Shown here piece by piece: positions 11,901 through 26,185 of a DNA stretch of 64,000 bases (positions within the stretch are counted from its first letter, which is position 1; every line of letters begins with the position of its first letter). Position numbers and translations under genes: made by a program. This stretch comes from Camelus ferus (taxonomy: Eukaryota). The notes below the pieces were generated by a model. It saw only the letters and a program-made list of their open reading frames with translations. It did not search any database and was not told the origin of the DNA. The stretch lies in contig NC_045706.1 of the NCBI RefSeq assembly GCF_009834535.1, forward strand, positions 30,444,001-30,508,000, in the 5' to 3' direction.

Positions 11901-14900
11901 TGGGAGCTGAGGTGAGATGGATGGGAAAAGTCCATCAAAGAACACCGTTCCTACCCACCACGTGCTGAACCACAGACATTGATTGGTTTCATGAAACACC
12001 TCTTTGAAATGCTATGGTGACAGGATTTATTGACACCTGTCACTTAATTAAGGATGCTCAAGAACTGTGCATTAATCATAGACAGGAGCCTGAGACGAGT
12101 GCAAGCAGGGAGCTGAGAGGCAGGCTTAGCTGGCAGGTGCAGACCTGGCAGGTGCTAGAAAGGTAAATAGTGAGGTCGGTGCGGAGGCCCCTGGATGAGG
12201 CTGGGGGTAGGGGGTGGTCATAGTACACAGCACCCAGGCAAGGACACTCTGAGGTTGTAGGAGCCTAAGAGATTTGGTTTGATTGTGTGTGGCTCTGTTC
12301 TGATTTGATTTTTTTGAAGATATATTGTGAGGAATGGTTAGGAAGTGTCCTGTGGTGGCAAGGAGACAGGGGATGGAGTGTGGATGGGTAACTAGAGAGA
12401 CACTAGCTATTTGGGGTTCATGCCCTGCCTCCCTCCCTACCCGCCCCCCCGGCCTTTCCTTCCTTCTTTTTTCTCTCCTTCCCTCTCTCCTTTCTTTTTT
12501 AAATATATAGGCGGTGAGAGAACAAGACAATATAATCAGTGGGTGCCACCTTCTTAGGGCTGTCATGGAACTAAGGTATTATTTGTTGTTTATCTGACAT
12601 TTAAAATTAGCTGGGCATCCTGTATTTTTATTTACTGTATCTGGCCATCCGGCACCCATGGCTTTGGTTTTGCCACTTCAGCCAGGGAGCAAATCTCCCC
12701 TAAGACAACCGCCACCAGGAGGCAGCCGGGCGCTGCACTCGCTGGGAATGACCGGTCTCCAGGCTTCTAGGTGGCTCTGAGTCTGTCTTCCTTCCTCCTC
12801 CTACTCCCAACACCCACTCCCAACTTAACCACGGACTTCCCAACTGCTCACTCCTAATCTTGTTTTGTTACAACAGCTAAACTCATAAGAAACATTTACA
12901 ACCCTTTCTAAATGTAAAAAGAACCCATAACGTAACACGCATCCTGCCTTCCCGATTAATTGTAGTCATACATTAATTCTTTCTTCCTTGAAAAACCTGA
13001 ATTTAGCTTAAAAGACTCACAGTTCCTGTCACTCACCCCCTTGACCTGGGCGCCCCTCCCCTCCCCACGGTCCCTCCTGCCCTGTCTCCGCGCTGGCTCT
13101 CTGCTCCTTCTCCCCCTCCCTTCCTTCCTCCGCTCGTCACCATGGTTACGTGGGGAGCTGCTTCTCTGGTGCCCTCTTCTATCGCCTGCTTCTGACGTAA
13201 TTTCCCCAGTGAATTCCAACTCTTCCTAGTTATCTCTGCCCTTATCCTCCTTCAATGAAGAAAGAAAAAGTCCATGAGAGAGAGAGAGAGAGGGAGGGAG
13301 ATAGCAGAAGAGAGAACTCCAGCAGCTCAAAGAGCAAAATTTGTTCTGTCTGTAACCAGGACACTTTGTCCAGCTGGTGTTACTTCTCCTTTCTGTTTTC
13401 CCTCTTAAGCAGAAAAAGCCTCTCCTGATTCCATGCCTCATACTCTGGCATGAACCTCAATCCACATTTAACACTTACTTAACTAAGCACCTTTTTTGGT
13501 CTTGTGGCTGTACTTACACCGAACAACTGTTTTCTTCTTTAAATGCCTCCAGTTCTGGAAGTTAAAAGGGTCCCTCTAGGACAGAAAAAGGAACTGAACC
13601 AAGACCACCAGCCCTGTCACATAGGGAGACGTCACTGTAGAAAACACCAGCCTGGTCAGCCTGGGCCACAGAGAGAGGTCAGAGCACAGCCACAGCCGAG
13701 CGATGAGACGTTGACGTGGAAGGTCCAGGAGAAGAAACTTTCCAAGCGAGATGGAATGGAAATGCCTCTGACAGCTTTAAAGCTGCAAAGGTGATTCCAG
13801 AAAGCTTTTGGAGTGATAACATGGAAGGGAAGATCAGGAACGGCAGGGATTTGATTGGTGTTTTTGGCTTCTGGTAAATTGAGATGCTGTGAGTTAGGTA
13901 GTTTTCCACATTCCTCATGAGGTTCAGGATAGCCTACCTGAATTATGCAAATGCTCGTTTAAAGGAAGAGGCAGAATTACTTTAGTCTGTCCTGTAATTT
14001 TATTGAAACTATGATTCATATGGTCCATTCTCAAAGAAGACTTGCATCAAAGAAACATTCAAGCAACAGTTTTTGTTTGTTTGGTTGTTTTCACTGTCAT
14101 GGAAAGGCTCTAACCCACAGAAACCCTTCTTGGAATCCCCCATGTCCTTGCCCACCCAGTCCCCTTACACAGATGCTTCTGGGTATCTCTTTCCCAAACC
14201 ATGACTTCGAACACCCTCCTTCAGCCTAATCTGTGCGTGTTTTGTGTTATTCTCCTTCCAGTTCTGCTTTCTGAGAGTCCCCAAAACATGACTCTGCTGG
14301 GAGGACTTGGGGAGAGGAAGAAGTTGAATAGAAGACAGAACCTTCTTTAGCTCTGAGGCCAGGGGAAGGGCTGGGAATACATCGGCAACAACAGCTTTGC
14401 CTGCTTAAAATTACAGCTTTGATAGCAAAGTTCTCAAAATAATTTCCTTTACTGCCCCGGCCCATTGGGACAGTCATCTTAAGCAGCAATAACTCTGACC
14501 CTGGGGTTCCATAAGTCTTGCTGTGTTCAAGGGCAGTCAGATTCAACCACCCTTAGTCATGGCTGGCTTCACCAATGGCGAAAGGGAGGTGACGAAGCAG
14601 GCCCTCTCTGTGTGTGTACGATCCTCACCATGTTCACCATCACTTCCGTGAGAACACTGACCTGGAGAAGAGGGTGGAAGGCAGGAGATCTATTGGGAAG
14701 ATGTTATCTCTCTTTGTTGTGGGGGTGGTGGACGTTGGAGACACAGGAGAGGCAACAGTAAATCTGGTGGGGCCTGCAGGGAAGGGTGGGTGGTTGTTTC
14801 AGTCTGAATTTAATTAATTGCTTCTATCTTGGCTGAGACACTAGGAGTTTATGTTCTAGTCTTCCCCTTGGGATTACAAGGCTTTGGAGGGTTAATCCAG

Positions 14901-16438
14901 CCTCTCAGGAGGTAGGCCAGTGGATTGATTTCAGGGAAGAACACCACCTCAAAAGGGACAGGTTTGGGGTGCTCCTTTCCCGCTGAGAAAGTCTGTTTAG
15001 CACACTAAAGCAAGACGCTATTTAAATATTGTCATCAGTTTCAGACTCTTCCTCTGGCCCCTGCTGCTTTCCTCATCAGACTGAAGCAGGACCTTGGCAA
15101 AGTTCATTCAGCAAAATTTTAATTATTATTCCAGTTCTTGAACTTTGGTATTTGGTAGCCCCTGGACTCTGTTCTTGGAATGTCCAGAACAGCCTTGCTG
15201 GCCACTCTCAGAAAAGAAAATCTCTTTCCCCAAACTTCCTTTCCCACTGTAGCTGTACCTTTCCTGGGGACCACCCTTTGTGGACCTGATCTCCAGGAGC
15301 ACAGATGTCCGCAGTGGCTGCCACGGTCCCAGGGCCACATGCAGGGGCAGGCTGCTTCTGCTGCCCTCTGCTGGACACATTGGGCTTGTTTCGCCTGTTA
15401 ATCACTAGGTCACATCACCCTCCCTCAAAAGGCTGCAATTCTTACCCTCCAACTCGCCTTCCTCAGCTGTCCTTGGCAGGTACTAAGCCCTTTTATTATT
15501 AAGGAGCATGGCATGAAGCCATGTTGCAGCTTCCAGGTAGAGTTTATCTAACATGCCTGGGTGAATGATTCTGGCACCCATCATAATGGATAATGGGTTA
15601 TTTCTGGGAAGGGCCCTGAAATATAATCAGAAAATGTCTGAGCTCATCAACTGTGCCCTGCCTCTCATTCGATTTGTTGTCAGACAGTGATATCTCTCGA
15701 CCTTGCCCCCACATTTTGTGATAAGTCTCATTTGAGGGCCTCAAAACACAAAGCCACTCACTAGAGCATGCTAATAATTGTTATTGTTATGATTCATCTT
15801 CTGTAGCATCCTTGAAGTGGTGGCTGAGCTTTGCAGAAATTTCAAATATCAGCACAAGGTTGACCCTTTAAACAGAAAGCAAAGGGGAAAAGATTTGGAA
15901 AGATGCTGATGGAGGTAAAACTGGGTATCCTGGAGATAAAGCAGACTAGGTTTAGATACCCCAATGTGCTGGGTGATCAGGGATCAGCAATACAGGTCAA
16001 ATATTACTTTATAATGTAGGCTTCTTCAGAGTCTTGGGCTGGCCCCTCTGACCCTTCCCAGCACACTAATGCAGGCCGGCAGCGCAGTATCTGGGATGTG
16101 CTTCTGGGAGGATCCACCTACCACGTAGCCTTTTCTGTTTGCCACAGAAGGGCGTTTTAGCAGATAGGTGTATTTAAAAGTGGCCTGCACTCTGCCCCCA
16201 CACCAGGGTAAATACTGTAAGCACGAACATCTGACTCATATCATTGATGATTACAGGGCATACTGGCCTTAGATTAAGAAGACAAGAAAGCGAAATCCTT
16301 ATTAAACTAACAGTGACATCGCTAAGAGGTGGCTGGGGTGGGGTGGGGAGGGAAGGAAACTGAGTCCCCTTTAATCTCCATTTTGGGGAAAACTTTCCTT
16401 TAAAAAAGTTATCCAAGTATTATATGAAAGTAATTTTT

Positions 16439-17605
16439 TTTCATTTTCATATTCCTCTTCATTAAAGATCATTACCAGATATTGAATACAGTTCCCTGTG
16501 CTGTACAGAAGAAATTTGTTTTTTCAATCTACTTTGATAAATAGTCGCCAACATTTGCAAATCTCAAACTGCCAAATTTATCCCTTTCCACACCCTTTCC
16601 CCCAATAACCATAAGATTATTTACTATGTCTGCAAATCTGTTTCTGTTTTGTAGATGAGTTCATTAGTGTCCTCTTTTTTTCTTTTCTTTTTTTTTAAGA
16701 TTCCACATATGAGTGATATTATATGGTATTTTTCTTTCTCTTTCTGGCTTACTTCACTTGGAATGATGATCTCTAGGTCCATCTGTGTTGCTGCAAATGG
16801 CATTATTTTATTATTTTTTATGGCTGAGTAGTATTCCATTGTATAAATATACCACTTCTTCTTTATCTAGACATCTGTCGATGGACATTTAGGTTGTTTC
16901 CATGTCTTGGGTATTGTAAATAATGCTGCTATGAACATTGGGGTGCATGCATATTTTTGAATTAGAGTTCCTTCTGGATATATGCCCAGAAGTGGGATTG
17001 CTAGATCATATGGTAAGTCTATTTTTAGTCTTTTGAGAAATCTCCATACTGTTTTCCATAATGACTGCACCAAACTACATTCCCACCAACAGTGTAGGAA
17101 GGGTCTCTTTTCTCCACACCCTCTCCAGCATTTATCGTTTGTGGACTTTTGAATGATGGCCATTCTGACTGGTGTGAGGTGCTACCTCATTGTAGTTTTG
17201 ATTTGCATTTCTCTGATGATTAGCAATATTGAGCATTTTTTCATGTACCTATTGGCCATTTATATGTCTTCATTGGAGAATTGTTTGTTTAGGTCTTCTG
17301 CCCATTTTTGGGTTGGGTTGTTTTTGTTGTTGTTGCTATTTAGTTGTACAAGCTGTTTATATATTCTGGAAATTAAACCTTTGTCAGTCACATCATTTGC
17401 AAATATTTTCTCCCATTCTGTAGGTTGTCGTTTTGTTTTGCTTATGGTTTCCTTTGCTGTGCAAAAGCTTTATAAGTTTAGGTCCCATTTGTTTATTTTT
17501 TATTTTATTTCTATTGCTTGTGTAGACTGCCCTAGGAGAACATTGCTAAGATTTATGTAGAGAATGTTTTGCCTATGTTTTCTTCCAGGAGGTTTATTGT
17601 GGTTC
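16439..17605 (-). mobile_element. Lineage-specific 5'-truncated L1 (cetartiodactyl/camelid type) with TSD
   Basis: ORF2 remnants KCWRGCGEK...HCWWEC and MEYYSAIK...DTNELIYKTETD; TSD atatgaaagtaattttt (16422-16438) / atatgaaaatacttttt (17606-17622) next to a TTTT/AA endonuclease site. Confidence 0.93.
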
Positions 17606-17919
17606 ATATGAAAATACTTTTTAAAAATCAAATTAAAAAATTTTAATGAAAACAATGGTAGCAGCCAGTGCATGCTTTGTCACAGCTCTTTTCCCCTCTG
17701 ATAAAGTTACATAGGAATGTCTCATATAGTGGCTATTCCATCAATTTATGCATCAGTATATGAAGATTATGGTGACTTGGAACAGTGCTCTCAGTTGCAT
17801 GAATAAAAAAGAAGGCTTTATTATTTTAAGCCAGTAATATTTGAGCTCTACCAAAGGGTTACCATATACCCCAGCCTATCCTGACTGATAAAATTGATGC
17901 AATTTAGTTGTCAATCACT

Positions 17920-18420
17920 AGGGCTCTGATTTCAGACAAACCTAGATTTTTTAAAAACGAAGTATGGTTGATTTACAATATTGTGTTAGTTTCAAGTATA
18001 TATAGAATACTGATTTAGTATTTTTGCAGATTTTTGCATTATACATTATTACAAGATAATGGCTATAATTCCCTGTGCTATATAGTACATCATTGTTACT
18101 TATCTATTTTATACATAGTAGTTTGTATCTCTCAATCCCATACCCCTCATTTTCCCCTCCCTGCTTCCCTCTCCCCTTTGGTAAACACAAGTTTATTTTC
18201 TGTATCTGTGAAAGACAGACCTGGATTTGAATCCTAGCTCTGCTATTTACTAGCTACATGCCTTAGGCAGACTTCTGAACCTCTCTGAACTTCAGTCCCT
18301 TCTCTAGAATATAGTGATGGTAGGAGTATTGTCACAAGGTTTGAATGACTTAAATATGCGTAAAACATTCAGCATGTGTCCTGCACATAGTAAATGCTCA
18401 ATAGGTGGGAGCTATTATTA
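17920..18420 (+). mobile_element. MIR SINE (split by L1)
   Basis: gggctctg..cagacaaacct|..ggatttgaatcctagctctgctatttactagct...cacatagtaaatgctcaata. Confidence 0.8.
17950..18212 (-). mobile_element. Short L1 3' end inserted into a MIR
   Basis: L1 3' UTR; TSD agacaaacctagattt (17934-17949) / agacagacctggattt (18213-18228). Confidence 0.85.
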
Positions 18421-20099
18421 TTGCCTTCGGTGATTAACTGTGTTTTTAGCCTATTTAACATAAGTTCACAGGCAATGACCATACAGGAGGAATGTGTGTG
18501 AGCCAGCACAGTTATTGTGCTAGATGGAATATTGCCTTATAGGAGACACAGAAAGGAGTATGTTCTTGAAGCTTTGTGGTGAAAACAAGTGCACATATGA
18601 CCATTTTGTGATAGTGGAGAGGAAGGAGCCTTTATGTTTGGTTTTAAAAATAGCGTCTCTGCTTTTTCACACTCCATTCAGAGAACAAGCCCTCTTTACT
18701 AAACCTTGATGAATTCTGTGCTAAAAATACTCCATTCCCATTTGGCTCAGTGAAATGTCATATCCATTAAACACGAACATACCAAATGCTGCTTGCAGAT
18801 CCTCAACCCAGCAAATCCAGATCAACAGGAAACTGTGATCATCCTCAGCTTGTTCATACTGTACATCTCAACAGATTATTCTAAAGCAGTATCTAAGGCT
18901 TAATTGTTATCTTAGGGCTATTTTAAATTATAAAAATAAAGAACTCATATACTCCAATTAACTCATCTTTTAAAAAAAGGAAATTGTGGCCCAGAGAATG
19001 AAAATGACTCCTGAAGGTCACAAAACAATAAAGGTGATGACACTGGGCCAAGATCTCTAAACTTCCAAGCTAATTTTTTTCCCATTATAACAGAGAGTTA
19101 CAGAATCTTCAGAGCTGGAAGGACCTTTAGGATGACCAGATCCAGTTCCAATAAGTTAGAGAAATTGAAGCTGAAAGAAACTTAAATGTCTTACCCAGGG
19201 TAATATTTAAGGCCAGCATGTTACAGAGTTTTTAAAGGCCAACTATTGTGACCATAGGTTTAGGGCTCTTGACAAGCCACTGATCAGCCCAATGTGGTTA
19301 TTTAGAGCAGGGCCCCCAATCCCAGTTAGTGGGGACTGGTAATGGGCTATCAACTCAGAATCACCTAAGGGATGTTTAAAAATAAAAATTCCTGGGTCCC
19401 ATTCTTTGAAGATTTAGTGTCAGTGAATTTGAGGTGAAGGTCTCAGAATCTGTATAGTTAATTGGCTTTCTGGGTGATTCTGGGGGACACTCCAATTGGG
19501 GAACCATTATTAACAGAAGTCAGTGCTGTATGTTCTGCTCTCTGCCAAGACTGGCTCATGATAACTTACAACTAATAAATGACTAGATACCTGTGGGAAA
19601 GCTTAGACAGGGAAAGTCCTGGACCACCAAGGAACTTCTAAGATTTTCATCTGCAAAGCCAACCTCCAGGTGATTCAAGCAAGGAGATGGCTTCCCTTGC
19701 CAGATGGGGATTGATCCGAAATGGTAGCGTATCCAGGAGAACAGAAGGTGATCGAGGAACACTTGGTCTCATCCCCCAAGCATGCATGGCCACTGGATCA
19801 GAATTGACAGCTTAACTTCACTTGGGAAAACACCATTTTGAAACAAAGGGTATCAGCTTAAATATTTTAAAACAGAGTATTTAAGAGAACACCATTTAAA
19901 ATGTATAGAGAAATTGTAACAATGAATCTCCACGAATAATAGACAAAGATGGGAGGTTATATTTTGTCAAGTTTCACAAAATAAGAAGGGCTCCCTGAAA
20001 CCTTTTAGTGAAGGGATTCTAGACACATCTGAGGGTGTGGCCTCTCCTCTGGAAACTCTGTATCTCTATGTAGAGGTTCTCAGTAGAGAGCACACCTCC

Positions 20100-20610
20100 T
20101 GCTGATGACTTTTGTTGTTTTGCCTGTCTGGCATCCTTTCCTTCTTTCTAATAGCACTTTAATTTTACTTTAGGGAAGCACCCTTACTTCACTCTCATTC
20201 CCTGTGGTTCTCACCTGTGGATTCTAGGGTGGCACGTGGCCCAAGCTTGGCCAATCTGGGCACTCTGTCTTTAGCTGAAGCCATTACTTCAGGCATGGGC
20301 ACTGGGCCAATGAACACCAGCCCCCACTTTTGCTAGAACTACTGAGAAAGAGGTCTTGCTAAAGGGCACGCCTCAACTGGCAAGACACAGTGTTGGAGCC
20401 GCTGGTGGGAGTCTCTCCACCATGAAAGGACTGACTTAGGAAGAAGTCAACATCGAGGAAAATAGAACCAAGAGTCAGAGAAAGACAGATTTATGAAAAT
20501 AGCATCTGAATATCTGGTCCAGTTATTTCTGAAGCTAGATGCATTTTTATGTTTAAACTAGTTCAGCTGGATTTCAGCAACTGACAACCAAAAGAATCCT
20601 AACCACTATA
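20100..20610 (+). mobile_element. MaLR LTR (old MLT1 subfamily)
   Basis: ggcccaagcttggccaatc...gtttaaactagttcagctggattt...gacaaccaaaagaatcctaac end. Confidence 0.55.
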
Positions 20611-21049
20611 CCTCCTCAGGGATCAGAACTTGGGGTGAATAAATGAATGGTCATGTGTATTTGGAAATATCCCCATGGATAATTCTGATACACCCAGTGA
20701 GAGCGGACAGGGTTTGGAGACAGGAAGAGGGCTTATGCTTTTCCTCACTGGACCACGAGTAGTGGAGAATGACTTCTCACTAACTGAGGAAACTTGGCCA
20801 AAGTCACATAGACTCAATATAATAAACCCCTCTTGAACTTGATTCTGTCTTCCTTCAGAAAAAACAAACAAACAAACAACATAATATACTTAAAAAATAA
20901 TGACACATATCACTTAATATGACTGCTGACAGAGACGTGGGAGAATTGCTTCATTTTATCATTCAGGAATATCTGGCTTTTTATGAGCACAAAAGCCAGA
21001 CAGAACTTTGAAGAGCTATTTTTTACACAACATTCTCTCTGCATGTAAG

Positions 21050-21345
21050 TGCTTAGGTGGACAGGGACTGGCAGTTGTGTGGAAGATAGGTGGGTGGTTG
21101 AAGTGGATGCTTTAGTGGAAGGAGAAGTGGGCCAAATTTGAACTTCACCTTCAGGACTTTGTAGGGCCATTGTAGGTCTTCCTGGGCCTGGATTGCTTTT
21201 ATTAGAACCGCCTCACAGTTCAGCTGCTCTCTTTGCCAGATTCTAATTCCTTCTCCTCTGCAGGTGTTGATCTCAAAGGTGCTACCTAATAAATGTACTT
21301 CCACTTCTAAGAGTCTGGTTCTCAGGTGACCCAACCTGGGACACC
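21050..21345 (+). mobile_element. ERVL LTR16-type fragment
   Basis: caggtgttgatctcaaaggtgctacctaataaatg...ggtgacccaacctgggaca. Confidence 0.6.
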
Positions 21346-21349
21346 ATGC

Positions 21350-21482
21350 TTCCCAGTCATCTTCCCACTCTCCCTCCTCCCCTCCTTTTTACTCTCCCTC
21401 TTCCCCTCCCTCTTGGTCCCTTTTCTTACACCTTGTCTCTCTTCTTCCCTCCCTCTCTTTTCTCTCCCTCCCTCTCCCCTTT
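21350..21482. repeat. CT-rich low-complexity polypyrimidine tract
   Basis: About 130 nt almost entirely C/T on the + strand. Confidence 0.8.
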
Positions 21483-22829
21483 AGACTATGTAGTTTCTCA
21501 CCTCTGCTTCTTTTGGAGTTTCTGCTTCACTGTCTTTTGGACCAGACTTCTCTGCTCTCCTGGTATGTGGACCATCATGGCTGTTCCAGAATGCAGCAGC
21601 ACCTCAGTCACCATCGCTGTAGAGTATGCTTCAGTTGCCCACCCTGATGCCCTTTGCTGGGTTGGTGCATCCATCCTGCAGCGTGGGTGTTGATTAATGA
21701 CAGCTCATGTTGGTACCCTTCTCTGGAGGATTGCCCTTAGCCATCTGGAACCTTCTCAGCTGGAGATACCTGAGAGGTTATGCCCCATGCTCTTTAGTCA
21801 ATGACTGATCATATGAAGCATAGAAGTGTTCACCACCCTTGCTGCAAGCAGGAACACTCTGTGGTACGATTCGTGCCCTAGAGATCCCTGTGGGGTCACG
21901 CCAAAGTTGGACTTCTCCTGAAAGGATATCTTTGCACAGCATCTTCCCCTACTCTATGCTGCTCTCTCTCCCTTAACTGAGGGCACTCTTTCAGTAATTC
22001 CCATTGCTTTGAGGCAACCTGATTTAGGATTATCACCTTACAAGTATGGTGACTCTGAATAATTGGCCCAGCCTCTGCTGTCCTGATCCCAAATATCCAG
22101 GAGGGAGAATGGATTGGCTCAGGCTGAGCCCAGCGCAGCTTCTGGGTTGAACACGTGGATTGGGGGTTCACTTCAGGTCTAATCATTTATAGCTCGAAAG
22201 GGGGCTGAGTGGCATAGTGTAGAGTAGATGCAGGGTACAGGGAGAGAGGGCAACTCTCAGAAAAGGCTGGTCAGTTCCCGCAAAAGTGGACCCTATCGTT
22301 ATGTCCTCTTTTCCAGCCTTTCTTGAATTTACTTTCTTGGTCAGCCTCCTCACTCCTCACCTCTCTCCCCATCTGCAATCCCAGGTTCCAACTGGAGGGT
22401 GAGATTTTGAAAGGCAGCACCACGTGATGGAGAAAGGACTGGGCTGAGTGTCAGAAAGCTTGGATTTTATCCCGCCTCATCCAACTCACTTCACATCTCT
22501 TGAGTCTCAGGTTCAAAGTAAATTAGATAGTTGGTTTGTTAACTTAAATATTCAATGCCTGCATGAAAACGGGACAGAATCTAGACCCATAATCTCTGCA
22601 TCCCTGAAGTCAGCAGACTGCCCAGCTGGCACAGAGTAGGAACACTGTTAACCTATTGAAAACAGGCGATATCCTTTAAAAATGAAGTAACGGTGAATTA
22701 CATTAAGGCAATAAGGTAGAACATGGCCCCAAAACATGTAATTTTCTGGGCGTGGAGCCCATTAGTAACAGCCAGCACTTGGTGAGTGCTAATGTGTGCT
22801 AGTTCTGTGTTAAGCACTTCGTATATTAT

Positions 22830-23400
22830 TCTGATCACTGCGTCGGTGTAACAAATCACCCCAAAACTTGGCCTTTTAAGACAATCATTTTATTGTGCTC
22901 ATAGGTTCTATGGGTCAGGAATTCGGACAGGGCATCATAGGGATGGCTTGTCTCTGCTCCACAATGTCCGGAGCCTCAGTTGGGAAGATTGATGGCTGGT
23001 GGTGGCTTGACTGCCGTGGGCTGGAGTCACCTGGAGGCATCTTCACTCACAGGACTGGTGGTTGATGTGGCTGTTGGCTGGGACCTCAGCTCGGGCTGTT
23101 GATCCAAGTTTGGGCTTCCTCTGAGTGGTGGCCTCAGGCTGGTAGGACTTTCTGTGTAGCAGCTCAGGCCTCCAAAAGTGATTGTCCCAGTTTCACAAGG
23201 CAGAAGCTTCATCTTGTTTATGACTTAGCCTCAAAAGTCAAACTGCATCATTTCCACCACATTCTATTGTGATTACAAGCCCATCCGGATTGAAGGCTGA
23301 GAAATTAAGTGCTTTCTCTTGATGGGGTGAGGACAGGTTCTCATAGAGCACGTAGTGTGGGAGATATTGTGGCCATATTCGGAAAATTCAATCCACCAAA
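22830..23400 (-). mobile_element. MLT1 (MaLR) LTR inserted in a MIR (MIR spans ~22770-23570)
   Basis: gtaacaaatcaccccaaaactt...gggtcaggaattcggacaggg...ttggctgggacctcagct; the MIR resumes at ctcatttaatcct...gaaactgaggctcagagagg. Confidence 0.8.
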
Positions 23401-24970
23401 GGTGCATTGTCTCATTTAATCCTTCTACTGTCCTTGGAGTAGGCATTACTGTCCCTTTCCTGATGAAGAAACTGAGGCTCAGAGAGGTTATGTAACTTGC
23501 CTGTGGACAAAGCCAGTACATGGCAGGGCTGGACTTAAATGCAATCTGTACCAAGCAGATGTTCTCCAACACATATATGCTGCTTATAGGAAAAGGGAAG
23601 AAAGAAAGTCAGACATTCAAAGGCCAGTTCTCCCCACATGCAGGATCATGAGTGGTCAAGTAGTCTTCTTGTCCCCCATAATCCTGATGTAGGAGTTAAT
23701 ACCTTCCCCATGTGGTAAAGGAATCTGGTTCCTCTGCATAACTCCCCAAGGTGTTGCTTTCCAGAGACCATGAAGCTATTGGGTGTACCTTTGATGCCTC
23801 AGGTTCGCCAGATATGTGCTGCCAGTTGGGTTGCTGTCTGTCCCACCTGCTCCCACCCTGTAGTGATTTGGCAAGAGTGTCTTTGGAGCAATGAGCTGGA
23901 GGAAGCTCTAATCCCCTCCTTGAAGGCAGCACACAGAACCAAATCGTGCCAAGAATATCTTCTCTACCATGATCCCCTTTTGAAATCACATCTTCCCTTT
24001 AAGTTCAAACAAGGACCACTTCTTCCAGGAAGTCATCTTTGATACTCCCATGATACTTAAAATAGGAATGTTCAGGTGATATTTGGCACTCACTGCTTAC
24101 ACTGTCATTTTTTGTGTCCAGTCCCCCCTATTAGACTTCTAAGGCCCCACAGGTCAAGGACCACGCCCTATTCTTCCTTAGTTTTCCTCCCCAAATCAGA
24201 GGAACGATACCTCGTTCTTAACAGGTACTCAATAAATAGGACTGATTAGATAATGGACCTCATGAAGTTTATTATTAAGTTTGTAACAGGAGGACACATA
24301 CGCATCTTCAAAAGCAGTTTTTGAGAGCCTGCTCCATCACAGGCATTGTGCTAAGTGCTAACTACCATGTGATCCAGGGTCAGAGATTTAAGACATCAGA
24401 TGTGAGCCCGCTGGGCACTCAGCAGCATGTCAGTAACATGTCAGAACTGCTATCTAGAAGCGAAGCATCCTTGATCAGAGAAGAGGCCTTCATCTCAGAT
24501 ACATTTGAGGAAGTGCTTTAAGGTTACAATTTCTATCAGCTGTCAGAGAATTCTAGAGTCAGACATTTAGAAAGTCCCTGAATAGGGTTTTTAAAATCCA
24601 AAATCTTGACTTTAGCTTCTTCTACAAGTTGTCTGAATGAAGTTTTCAGCTGAAGCTATCAGATAGGAAAGGATGGGCTTAACTGTTCTTTATTTTAAAT
24701 TAGCCTTCTTGTAATAGGAAAATTTCTCTTCCCTTCTTTTAATCTGTCACCAGTTCACCTCAAAGTGTTCCTAAGAGCCATGCCCTTTGAATGTTCAAAA
24801 TCAGCTGATCAACCTGTTAATAAATGATGGGTAATCAATATCAGTGTTCACTTCACTCATTATTCACACCACACATTCTTGATCCAAATACAACCCTATT
24901 ATATAAAACTATTTCCTCAACATATCATCACCAAGAATAAAATAACTCCTGTAAATAATTACCTTTGGGA

Positions 24971-25327
24971 TATGAAAGAAAATGTAAACATTTTATTTGG
25001 CAGTTGTTTCTGAACACATGAATAAATAAATGGAAAAGTACATATTAATATTTCTTTTTTGGAGTAACAGATACCATTAAACACTTATTTACACATCTTT
25101 ACTGCAAAGAACAGTTACACAATTCAATTTTGTCTTATAAAAGGTAACTTCCCACACCACTGGACTGGACGGTTAAGGATGGAGATACTGGTAGTGCTTG
25201 GTTCTAGCAGTCTCAATGTTTGAAAGGCATTCCTTTGCAAGTGTGATAAGAAGAGTCATCATGCATTGAGTTCATCCGGATCATGTACTGTAGAAAGTTT
25301 CTGATGGCAGCCAGAGAATTTGGTGTG
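24971..25327 (-). other. LGI1: LGI1 3' UTR
   Basis: Runs from the stop codon to the predicted cleavage site about 20 nt after AATAAA. Confidence 0.8.
24992..24997 (-). terminator. Polyadenylation signal AATAAA
   Basis: tttatt on the + strand; UGUA elements upstream and U/GU-rich sequence downstream. Confidence 0.85.

Positions 25328-26185
<858 letters not shown>

Noticed and set aside
11423..11938. 171-aa ORF
   Set aside because: Lies in an L2 remnant; no homology or splice support.
16624..17560. ORFs with reverse-transcriptase C-terminal similarity (also 6445-6648)
   Set aside because: Broken ORF2 remnants of 5'-truncated L1 copies, not genes.
1..24900. A second protein-coding gene or processed pseudogene downstream of LGI1
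   Set aside because: No ORF resembles a protein I recognise; the region is dominated by interspersed repeats.
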